From Octopus sinensis (taxonomy: Eukaryota), in contig NW_021835041.1 of assembly GCF_006345805.1 (NCBI RefSeq), positions 1-43,252 of the forward strand: a DNA stretch of 43,252 nt, written 5' to 3'. A model generated the notes under the pieces. That model searched no databases, had not been told where the DNA came from, and saw nothing but the letters and a program-made list of their open reading frames with translations. Below are positions 1 through 10,454 of the stretch, piece after piece. The position numbers and the translations under genes were made by a program. Positions within the stretch are counted from its first letter, which is position 1. Each line of letters starts with the position of its first letter.

Positions 1-61
1 CGATACAAAAAACAGGGACAGGACATTCGAACCCTTCAATTTTCAGTAAAGAACCGGATCA

Positions 62-98
<37 letters not shown>

Positions 99-102
<4 letters not shown>

Positions 103-610
103 CAAAGAAGATCGTCTCTTTGGAACAGCTCTGCTACTGGGAAAGGTTGAAACAGCTAAGACTCCTAGGGAGAAGTATGCAGTAATATATGTCTGGAAGA
201 TCCTGGAAGGAATTGTGCCAAATTTTGGCATTGTAAGCTACACTAATACAAGAACGGGATGACACTGCATAGTGCCAAAGATCCCAGCGGTGCCATCACA
301 CTTCAGGACCAGCTTCTGCAACTGCCTGGGTTTCAATGGCCCACAGCTTTTTAATATTCTCCCAAAGAGTCTGAGGAACTTGCACAAAGTAGATGTAGGG
401 ATTTTTAAATCAAAGCTGGACATCTTCCTGTCGAGAGTCCCAGATGCACCTACCTCACGGCAAGAGGTGCAAATGAGAGTAGCTATGTCAAACTCCATTC
501 TTCACCAAGTGCCACATATTAGAGGAGGTTCTTCGTAATAACAGTGTAGCACAAAACGGCGGTGCATCAGCATGGCTGCTGCTCTAAGCTGAAACAAGCA
601 AAAAAAAGAA
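99..610 (+). mobile_element. 3' end of a CR1-group LINE (ORF2 C-terminus and 3' UTR), decayed
   Basis: Across frameshifts reads YWERLKQLRL..YAVIYVWKILEGIVPN..GPQLFNILPKSLRN..FKSKLDIFLSRVPD, typical of the post-RT tail of CR1/L2-group ORF2; stop at 536-538, then a short UTR and A-rich end. Confidence 0.8.
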
Positions 611-613
611 GCT

Positions 614-1000
614 ATACTCTTTACTCTTTTACTTGTTTCAGCCATTTGACTGCAGCCATGCTGGAGCACCGCCTTTAGTCGAGCAAATCAACCCCGGGAC
701 TTATTCTTTGTAAGCCCAGTACTTATTCTATCGGTCTCTTTTGCTGAACCGCTAAGTGACAGGGACGTAAACACACCAGCATCGGTTGTCAAGCAATGCT
801 AAGGGGACAAACATAGACACACAAACTTACATATATATACGACAGGCTTCTTTCTGTTTCCGTCTACCAAATCCACTCACAAGGCATTGGTCGGCCCCGG
901 GCTATAGCAGAAGACTCTTGCTCAAGATGCCACACAGTGGGACTTTACCCGGAACCATGTGGTTGGTTAGCAAGCTACTTACCACACAGCCACTCCTGTG
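614..1000 (-). mobile_element. tRNA-derived SINE, full length
   Basis: Minus strand starts caggagtggctgtgtggtaag (A-box-like), has a degenerate B-box-like segment, central gagtggatttggtagacggaaac and tail ggcggtgctccagcatgg..gaaacaagtaaaagag; homologous to 1553-1947 and 34060-34400. Confidence 0.85.
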
Positions 1001-1009
1001 CTTATATAT

Positions 1010-1062
<53 letters not shown>

Positions 1063-1139
1063 TATATATTATAGTAGTATCTATATGTATAATCTATATA
1101 TATATATAATCTATATATATATATATATAATCCATATAT

Positions 1140-1453
1140 ATGCCCCTGTGCCGGTGGCACGTAAAAGCACCATCCGTTCGTGTCCGTTGCCAGCCTCGCC
1201 TGGCCCCCATGCCAGTGGCACGTAAAAGCACCATCCGTTCGTGGCCTTTTGCCCGCTCTGTCTGGCACCTGTGCGGGTGGCACGTAAAAAGCACCCATTA
1301 CACTCACAGAGTGGTTGGTGTTAGGAAGGGCATCCAGCCGTAGAAACACTGCCAGATCAGACTGGGCCTGATGCAGCCTTCCGGCTTCACAGACCGCAGT
1401 CCAACCCATGCTAGCGTGGAAAGTGGACGCTAAGTGATGATGATGATGATGAT
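1140..1453 (+). mobile_element. Orphan 3' UTR/tail of the RTE LINE family
   Basis: Three gtggcacgtaaaagcacc units followed by the same terminal block and (GAT)n as 24180-24556; flanked by (TA)n. Confidence 0.85.
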
Positions 1454-1552
1454 ATACATATATAATATATATATATTATATATAGTGACAAAAGCAGCAG
1501 ATTGATGGACTAAATACTATGCAGTATTTAGTTGCTCCTCTTTATGTCTAGG

Positions 1553-1947
1553 TGCAGGAGTGGCTGAGTGGTAAGTAGCTTGCTTACCAACCACATGGTT
1601 CCGGTTTCAGTATCACTGCATGGTATCTTGGGCAAATGTGTTCTACTATATCCTAGGGCCGACCAAAGCCTTGTGAGTGGATTTGGTAGATGGAAACTGA
1701 AAGAAGCCTGTTGTATATATGTATCTATATATCTGTGTGTATATGTTTGCGTGTCTTTGTCACCCCAACATTGCTTGACAACCGTTGCTGGTGTGTTTAC
1801 ATCCCTGTAACTTAGCGGTTCAGCAAAAGAGACTCATAGAAGAAGTACTAGGCTTGCAAAGAATAAGTCCTGGGGTCGATTTGCTCCACTAAAGGTAGTA
1901 CTCCAGCATGGCCACAGTCAAATGACTGAAACCAGTAAAAGAGTAAT
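1553..1947 (+). mobile_element. tRNA-derived SINE, full length (same family as 614-1000)
   Basis: gcaggagtggctgagtggtaag head; same central and tail blocks, ending gaaaccagtaaaagagtaa. Confidence 0.85.
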
Positions 1948-2030
1948 AATGTGTTTATATATAATATGTATATATATATATAATATGTATATATATATAT
2001 ATATGATATCTATCTATCTATCTATCTATC

Positions 2031-2077
<47 letters not shown>

Positions 2078-2112
2078 TACAATATGTATACAATAATACA
2101 TAATAAATAATA

Positions 2113-3485
2113 TAGTAGGGAATAGAATCTCAAACTTACAAGGAAATTTCAATTTAGCAATTCTAAATCAAATTCTGCAAAATATAACATAAGTATATAA
2201 TTGAAAGAAAAACCTGCATCATGCAATTCAATAGTGGAAGACGTTATTAACACCACATAGAAAAAATTATATATACTATAAAAAGCATTATTCAAAAAAT
2301 GAATAAAGTACATAAACAATAAGCAGTAAATTGACTATGCATGCTTTGTGGCTATATTGTGAAGTCGATAATAATAGTAAAATCAATTAAAATTAAATCG
2401 ATCTAAAATTAATTGTTTAAAAATATAATCACTCATCAGGTCTAAAATAATAATAATACAGACAATAAAATAAATGTAGGTACCTTAACTTATAATAATT
2501 AACAATTAAATATAGAAAAATATGTGTTTTACCAATAAATAGTTGAAAATTAACAATCTTACTTAAAATAATATCACAACTAATCTTATCGAAGAATTTC
2601 TGTTAACCAAAATTTTAAATGTAAAACGTAGAACTTAGCGTTTATAAGAAATTTATCACATGTAGACATGGCGTTAATAAAATTGTAGAATGAATAGATA
2701 TGAATATGTATTTTAGCTGTGAAAATGGACAAAAAGTATTTTAGCTGTGAGAATAAGAAAAAAACTAACTGTAATATACCATTTACTGGAAAATTTTAAA
2801 GTCTGAAAAATTTAAAACTAAAAGATGTAGAATACATAATATACATAAATGAAGCTAAATTTCTATAAGTTAATCTATATTCATTAATTTGTTTATTTAT
2901 TTTATAAACATCTAATTTTAATCTTATTCCAATTAAGTAATATGCAGTATATAATCTCATGCTAATTTGTACACATTATACTACTACAAATTACAACTTC
3001 AACAATTAGTAACATAAAATAGGGTATATATATATATATATATATAATTGAATCTATTTTCATTACTTAATTTATTTATTCAATAAACATCTAATTTTCA
3101 ACTTATTCCAATTATGTAATATACACTATATAAACTCATGCTAATTTATACACATTTTACTATTACAATATACTATATATATATATATATACACACAAAT
3201 TAGCTAAACTTATTATATAAGTAATTTAACTTATGTCTACATTAAATTTTTCGCTCATCTAGAGAATTAACAAGTTCTTATTAGTTAATAATATCTCCTT
3301 AAATTCATTAGTACATAAGAAACAGATATTACTACCTATTCGATAAGATTTTGCCTTACAAACTGTCTCCCAATTTAAATTGCACTTAATACGTTTAGAT
3401 TTTAATTCCCATATATATTTACTAAGGCCAGTAGAATATATTAATTTTTTATTCATAATAGAATTCATGTGTTGAGCCACCCTTA
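2113..3485 (-). mobile_element. Penelope-like element 3' fragment (GIY-YIG C-terminus plus AT-rich pLTR)
   Basis: ORF 3259-3480 (STGLSKYIWELK..WETVCKAKSY..CFLCTNE) is the Penelope/Poseidon-type endonuclease C-terminus; degenerate CTGATGAG hammerhead core at about 2431-2439 on the minus strand. Confidence 0.8.
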
Positions 3486-3689
3486 ATATAAAAGATTATA
3501 ATATAAATGATTCCTATATTTTTTATAATAATAAACCTAACATTAAGAATCATGATATGTTTTATTTAGGTAAATATAGTATTAATAATAAGTATTATGA
3601 TAATACAAAACATAAATATAATAATAGACTAAAAAATAAGATTAAATTTAATTCATTTAATGATAATAATAAATTTAATAATATAAATA

Positions 3690-5292
3690 AAAATATAATA
3701 ATATTAATAATAAGAACAAAATTTGGTTAAATATTCCTTATGGAGCTCAAGTTAAAACGAACATTATTAAAGAGATTTTAACTATAATTGAAGTATTCAT
3801 TAGAAATAATAAAAAATATAATAACATTTTTCTAGTAATAATGTTGGAGTTGGTTATTCTACTACTAATAATGTAGGTAACATAATTTTTTCTTTTAATA
3901 AATCTAAGCTGAATAAGTTTTACAAAAAGATATCAAATAATTATTCCAATAATAATAATAATATAATTACTTGTACGTGTAGAGATAAAACTAAATGTAA
4001 ATTTAATAATAAATGTTATTTCGATGATGCAGTATATAAATGTGTAGTGACTTTGATTGATGATAATAATCGGAATGGTCCTAATTTAAATGCAATTTAT
4101 ATAGGGTTGACTTCTAATAAAATTAAATTACGGGTGGCTCAACACATGAATTCTTTTTAGAAATTTAATTAATATTACTGGCCTTAGTAAATATATATGG
4201 AAACTATAATCTAAAAATATTAAGTACAATTGAAATTGGAAGATAGTTTGTAAGGCAAAATCTTATCGAATAGGTAATAATTTTTGTTTATTATGTACTA
4301 ATGAATTTAAGGAGATAAAAAAATTTGGCTAATTTCCTTGACGAACGAAAAATTAAATGTAGACATAAATTAAATTACATATATAAGTTTAGCTAATTTG
4401 TGTATATATATATAAATCCCGGTTTTTATGTTACTAATTGTAGTAGTTATAATTTGTAATAGTAAAATGTGTATAAATTAGCATGAGTTTATATAGTGTA
4501 TATTACATAATTGGAATAAGTTGAAAATTAGATGTTTATTGAATAAATAAATTAAGTAATGAAAATAGATTCAATTATAGAATTTTAGCTTAATTTATGT
4601 TTATTATATTATGTATTTCATGTATTTAGTATTTAAATTATTTAGACTTTACAATTTGTCCAGTTAATAGTATATTAAAGTTATTTTTTTTCCTTATTCT
4701 TACAGCTAAATACATTTGTAATTTTAATTGCTTAAATACATATTTCTATCTATATTTTTTATATTTCTTTTATATTTCTTTTATATTTCGTTTATACGAT
4801 AAGTTCGACGTTTTACATTTAAATGGTTAGTTAATGTAAATTCTTCGACAAGATAAGTTATATTTTTATTTTAAGAAATATTGTTAAATGTCTTTTGATT
4901 GTTTATAGTTAACACACATATTTTTTAATATATTTATTTGATAATTAGTATAAGTTAAGATTAGTACATTTATTCTATTATTATTTTTTATTATTTATTA
5001 TCATAGACCTGATGAGTGACTATATTTTTAAATAGAATTAATTTTAGTTTGATTTAATTTTGAATCAAATTGATTTTATTGTTATTCTCTATTTGAAAAT
5101 ATAGCCATGAAATGTGCATGGTATTCTACTACTATTTACTATTTATTGTACTTTATTGATTTAAAATAAGTTTTTTATAGTATATTGTTTCTATATGGTG
5201 TGAATAACATCTTTCTTTATAGAATTGTTCAATAGTGGTTTTTCTCTTGTGAAATTTGATTTAAAATTATTAATTGAAATTATGTTCCCCAC
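3690..5292 (+). mobile_element. Penelope-like element 3' part, inverted relative to 2113-3485
   Basis: Reads WLNIPY..CTCRDKTKC..VYKC..YIGLTSNKIKLRVAQH..GLSKYIW..CLLCTNE with stops; about 4130-5290 is a diverged reverse complement of 2113-3485; CTGATGAG at 5009 and GAAA at 5109. Confidence 0.8.
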
Positions 5293-5304
5293 TATTATCA
5301 TTAT

Positions 5305-5380
<76 letters not shown>

Positions 5381-5939
5381 ATATTATATATATATACACA
5401 TATATATATATGTATGTATTCCAAAACACTTATAATACGTAAGTACATATAAGTATGTTTGAATTGAAAAATATTTATATATATGTTTGCGCGTGTATGT
5501 ATGTGTGCATATGCATATTATGTTCCTCATGTGTATGCAGTTTCATTCTGACATAATTGTAACAACTTAAAAATATATTTATTGCATAATTCCTATTCTT
5601 ATAACTTTCAAAATTCTCTGTTTATATTTTATATTCTATATATTATCTAATATGAATAATAGAATGCATCTAATATTAATAATATTAGTAATAATTGATT
5701 ATTGTGTATGCTTATAAATGTAAATATGTATGCACATTTAAGTATATATATAAGTATTTATGTATATTTATGTATGTATATCTGTATATAAGTATTTAAA
5801 TATGTGTGTATTTTTATTTTATATTTATATTTATTTATAACTTGACCTCATGTACTTTATAATCTCTGATAAAGTTATTTTCCCAATTTATATTCATGTA
5901 TGTTATATTGTTATAATTACTGGTATCTTTATATATTAA

Positions 5940-6456
5940 CTAGCAGTATCACCCGGCGTTGCTCGGGTTTGTAAGGGAAATAACTATATAAGCATTTTTA
6001 GAGAGTTACTTCCTTTATAGATGCCAATTCGGGCTTTCTTAGCCATTTCTGTTTTGGTGTCTTCAAGCCATGAAGTCGTTGTTCTAAAAGAACGCTGGTC
6101 ACCTTGACAACGCATTACTACGTTGATTTCCTTAAACTCCCTTCCCCACAGCTTCACGAGGGAGGGAAGAAGGGGGAGAAGCAAACACAGGTGCAGGTGT
6201 TTGAGCGTGGACGCCAACTCCGCCGCCATCGACACACGAAAAATTATGCATTAAAATGGAATAAAAAATGATGTTAAATTATTTTTAAAATCGTAGACTC
6301 ATCGTAGACGCGCGCTAATAGCCAGACGGGCTCGATATTAATCACGACTATAAGATACCCGAATTTGGTTAAACTGCACCGCAAAATGTGGGAGGAGTTA
6401 GGAATCTAAATCGAAGGGGACAGACACTCACACAACTACAGTTTTATATATATAGA
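5940..6456 (-). mobile_element. Non-autonomous Helitron
   Basis: On the minus strand: 5' TC terminus (tctatatatataaaact) at 6456, subterminal hairpin cccgg..tcggg near 5952-5967, 3' CTAG at 5940-5943; inserted between A and T with no TSD. Confidence 0.88.
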
Positions 6457-6603
6457 TATATTTTATATCTTATATGTAAAGCATAATATGTTATACATGT
6501 ATGTATATTCTTGTAATTGTCAGTTTAGTAAATAAATAAGTTAACATAATATAATGTCTAAAAGTTGATGAACCACATATTGATCCCCTCCATTTTCTTA
6601 TTC

Positions 6604-6636
<33 letters not shown>

Positions 6637-6647
6637 ATATATATCTA

Positions 6648-6772
6648 TAGTATTTACATTTGATGGATATTTGTCATCTTCTTTGTTGTTAACATGTTTC
6701 AGGTGATATACCCTCCAGCCTTTATCAGGTGTCTTGAGGAAATTTCGAACCTGGGTTCTCTTTGCTAAGGTA
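6648..6772 (-). mobile_element. 3' portion of the tRNA-headed, hammerhead-type-tail element (homologous to 7305-7430)
   Basis: Minus strand reads gacacCTGATAAAggctggagggtatatcacctGAAACatgtt, a minimal hammerhead-like core with substitutions, within sequence alignable to 7310-7430. Confidence 0.65.
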
Positions 6773-6787
6773 TATATATATATATAT

Positions 6788-7063
6788 ATCTGCAAATGTA
6801 ATATGTGACAATTAGACAATTATTCGGTAGCCATGATAAAACTCTGAGTTTTGGATGCCAAGGTGGAAATCCATGCTGTCATCTCTTCAGTTATTCGGCC
6901 GGCTGGTTAACTGAAGAGATGGCGGCATGGATTTCCACCTCGGCATCTGAAACTCAGAGTTTTATCATGGCTACAGAATAATTGTCACATATTACATTTA
7001 CAGATAAATTCCTCTACTTACATAATATCGAGGTCTCTTTCTTTCTTTTCTTACCATTTTTAT

Positions 7064-7066
<3 letters not shown>
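6788..7066. mobile_element. Fold-back (about 218 bp) of a PLE terminal segment with a hammerhead on each strand, plus a one-sided tail
   Basis: 6788-6895 is the imperfect reverse complement of 6905-7005; plus arm has CTGAAGA at 6911-6917 and GAAAC at 6949-6953; the same sequence ends the PLE at 42307-42475. Confidence 0.8.
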
Positions 7067-7111
<45 letters not shown>

Positions 7112-7114
7112 CTA

Positions 7115-7460
7115 TGGAATAGAACTCAGAATCTTGTGGTTAGTAGCCTGCACCCTTAACCACTACGCCATATGCCTGTGGGCATATGGTGGCGTGGCGT
7201 AGTGATTAAATGCACTGGCTACTAACCCCAAGATTTCGAGTTCAATTCCAGGCATTGATCCCAATAATAATGATAATAATAATAATATTAATAATAACAC
7301 AACATTGAAAAATACCTTAGGAATGAGAATCCACATTCGGAATTTCCCCAAGACACACGAGGGTATCTCAGCGGAAACGTGTTAACAACAATCAAGATGA
7401 GGACAAATATCCGTCAGATGTAAATAATGCACATAATTCCTCATCTCTTAACTACAGAAC
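7115..7460 (+). mobile_element. Short element with an inverted-duplicated tRNA-like head, (AAT)n spacer and hammerhead-type tail
   Basis: 7181-7253 has A-box-like tggcgtagtg, loop ctACTaa and B-box-like gagttcaattcc; 7115-7176 is its inverted copy; the tail matches 6648-6772 but lacks the CTGATGA half of the core. Confidence 0.7.
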
Positions 7461-7490
7461 TATATATCTATATATATTATATACAAAGAC

Positions 7491-10302
7491 GCTCCTTGGT
7501 GAAGAATGTACCCCTCAGCATAGACTAGTCATTAGTGACTTTAGATTGGCGACCAGAAGGATGGCAAGACGCAGACCAATCCAAAGAAGAAGGATTTGGA
7601 AACTAAAGAACCTATCACATGGTCAGAAATTTAGGGTCATCCTCATCAAGAAATTTAATGAGAGTTAGGAGGAGATACAGACCTTGGACATAGAGTGTAG
7701 CTGGAAATTCCTATGGGACAGCTTAGTAAGTGCCACAGACCAAGTCTGTAGTTGGTGCAAAGTCCCCTCCAGACCTATGGTAATGTGGTGGTGAAATAAT
7801 ATGGTAGACAACACCATTAGAGCAAAGAAACAGGCCTAGAAAGCCTGGAAGAGTAGGGGTAGCAGGGAACTGTACCAGATAGCCAGAAGGGAGGCTGGGC
7901 AACAGGTATACATGGCCAAGGGAGAGGCAGATCAGAAGAAGTTTGCCAATGTCCATTGAACTGAAGTCCAAAGAACTGAAGTATTTTGGATTGCAAGACA
8001 ATGTGTGAGAGAAAATTGTGATGTCACAGGAGAGAAATGCGTCTGCATGGATGATAGTGCGCTTGCTTTTAACGATTCTAAAAAGATAGAGTCTTTGAGG
8101 AGCCATTATGAAAGACTGCTGATGGTGGAAAATGAATGGGAGGAGGAGATCCTGCCAAATGTTGACGCAGTAGAGGGACCAGCTATCCAAATAGATAGCT
8201 CCCTAGTAGATAAAGCAATTAAGGGTATGAAGCCAGGAAAAGCCCCGGGCCCATCAGGAATCACTGCAGAGATGCTTAAAATATGTAGCAGTGTAGGTGA
8301 TGGAGTAGTCACCTGTATTGTAAACCAGGTAGTTCATAATGGAGTCATACCCAATGACTGGCATAGCAGCACCATAGTCAACTGCTACAAGAGTTAAGGT
8401 GATGCTTTAGATAGAAATAGCTACAGGGGTATCAAACTACTGGATCAGGTCATAGCCCAATTAATTAGGGAGAGTGTGCTTAGATGAGATGCAGTTTGGT
8501 TTTGTCAGGTAGAAGCACCACTGATGCTATATTCCTGGTACAGCAACTGCAGGAGAAATACCTAGCCAAAAATAAACCTCTATATTTGGCTTTGGAGAAG
8601 GCTTTGATAGGGTCCGCTGATCCCTTATCTGGTGGGTGATGTGGAAAGTAGGGAGTGATGAATGGTTAATAATGGCTGTACAGGCACTATACAGGGGTCC
8701 CATCATAAAGTTGGCAATGAGTACAGTGAAGAATTCCGGGCAGAAGTATGGGTTCACCAATGGTCAGCCCTCATCCCCCTCTTATTCATCATAGTCCTCT
8801 AGGCAATAATAGAGGAATTCAAGACAGGTTTTCTCTGGGAGCTCCTCTATGCTGATAACCTGGCCCTCATAGCAGAATCACAACCAGAACTAGAGAAGAA
8901 ATTTCAGGTGTGGAAGCTAGGTTTAGAATTGAAGGGCCTTAGAGTTAATGTCGCAAAAACCAAAGTTCTAGTAAGTAGGAAGGCAAACACATCACACACC
9001 CCTTCATGTAGGTAGCCCTACTCAATTTGTAGCAAAGGTGTAGATAGAAACTCCATAAGATGTACCCAGTGTAAGCTATGGACACATAAGTGGTGCAGCA
9101 AAATCAAAGGAAGATTAACCAGCAAGAGAGCTTTCATGTGTGGCAGATGCACAGGGGCAATAAACACCACAGATGCTCAGAAAACAGATTCCATCACATA
9201 ACAGGGGGAGAAACTAGAAGTTGTTGATAGTTTCTGCTACCTACGTGACCAAGTCTGTAGTGGGATTACCACTAGAATAAGAATAGCCTGAGCAAAGTTC
9301 AGAAAGCTCCACCCCTACTGACAACAAAGGGCCCCTCGCTCAGAGTTAAGGGTACATTGTACGATGCATGTGTGTAAACTGCCATGCTTCACAGCAATGA
9401 AACATGGGCGGCGCCTGCTGACAACATACTTAGGCTTGAAAGAAATGAAGCTAGTATGATCCGCTGGATGTATGATGTCAGTGTGCATACACAACAGAGT
9501 GTAAGCACCCTGAGAGATAAGTTGGGCATACAAAGCATCAAATGTGGTGTGCAAGAGAGATTACTGCACTGGTATGGCCATGTTTTATGTATAGAAGGAA
9601 CCTGTTGAAGAGGTAGACCCAGGAAGACATTTGATGTTGTGGTGAAGCGTGACCTTTGAAGATTGGGCTTCACAGAGGCAATGATGGGAGACTAGGATAT
9701 TTGGAGATACACTGTGATTGAGAAGACCCGGTAACTAAAGTGAGATATCAGCCAATCACATCCTGCCCTGTTAAAAATAATCCTGTGTTGGTCTATATGA
9801 TATGCTTGAGAAGACCTACTGAGTCAAGTAAAACCAATATCGTAACTGGAACTGGTGACCCTTGGCTGGCTACTGTGCCAGTGGCACGTAAAAAGCACCA
9901 ACCGATCATGACCGATGTCAGTACCCACCTAACTGGCTCCTGTGCTGGTGGCACTTAAAAAACACCATCTGAACATGTTCGTTGCCAGGCCCACGTTTCT
10001 GGCTCTGGTGCCGGTGGCAGAAGAAAAGCACCAACCAATAGTGACTGACGTCAGTACCCCTGTACTGGTCCCTGTGCTGGTGGCACGTAAAAAGCACCAT
10101 CCGAATTGTTACCAGGCCCGCCCTACTGGCTCCTGTGTAAAAAGCACCCAATGCACTTTCTGAGTGGTTGGCGTTAGGAAGGAAACTCTGCCTGACCAGA
10201 CTGGAGCCTGGTGCAGCCTCTGGCTCTCCAGATCTCCATCAAACCGCCCAACCCATACCAGCATGGAAAACGGACGTTAATTGATGATGATGATGATGAC
10301 GA
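7491..10302 (+). mobile_element. RTE-clade LINE, 5'-truncated and decayed
   Basis: Fragments KAPGPSGITAEMLK, MQFGF, LLYADNL (about 8842-8862), MLHSNETW, WYGHV and a 3' UTR with gtggcacgtaaaaagcacc repeats and a (GAT)n tail; many stops and frameshifts. Confidence 0.92.
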
Positions 10303-10340
10303 TATCTATCTATCCATCTATCTATCTATCTATCTATCTA

Positions 10341-10420
<80 letters not shown>

Positions 10421-10454
10421 AATAAATGGATGTGTGTATTTTTCTGTGTTTACA

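Noticed and set aside
1-62. Minus-strand ggttcgaat B-box-like fragment
   Set aside because: Too short and cut by the window edge to classify.
7181-7253. Functional tRNA-Ser(ACT) gene
   Set aside because: No proper acceptor stem, an internal duplication near the A box, and it is embedded in a repeat with an inverted copy.
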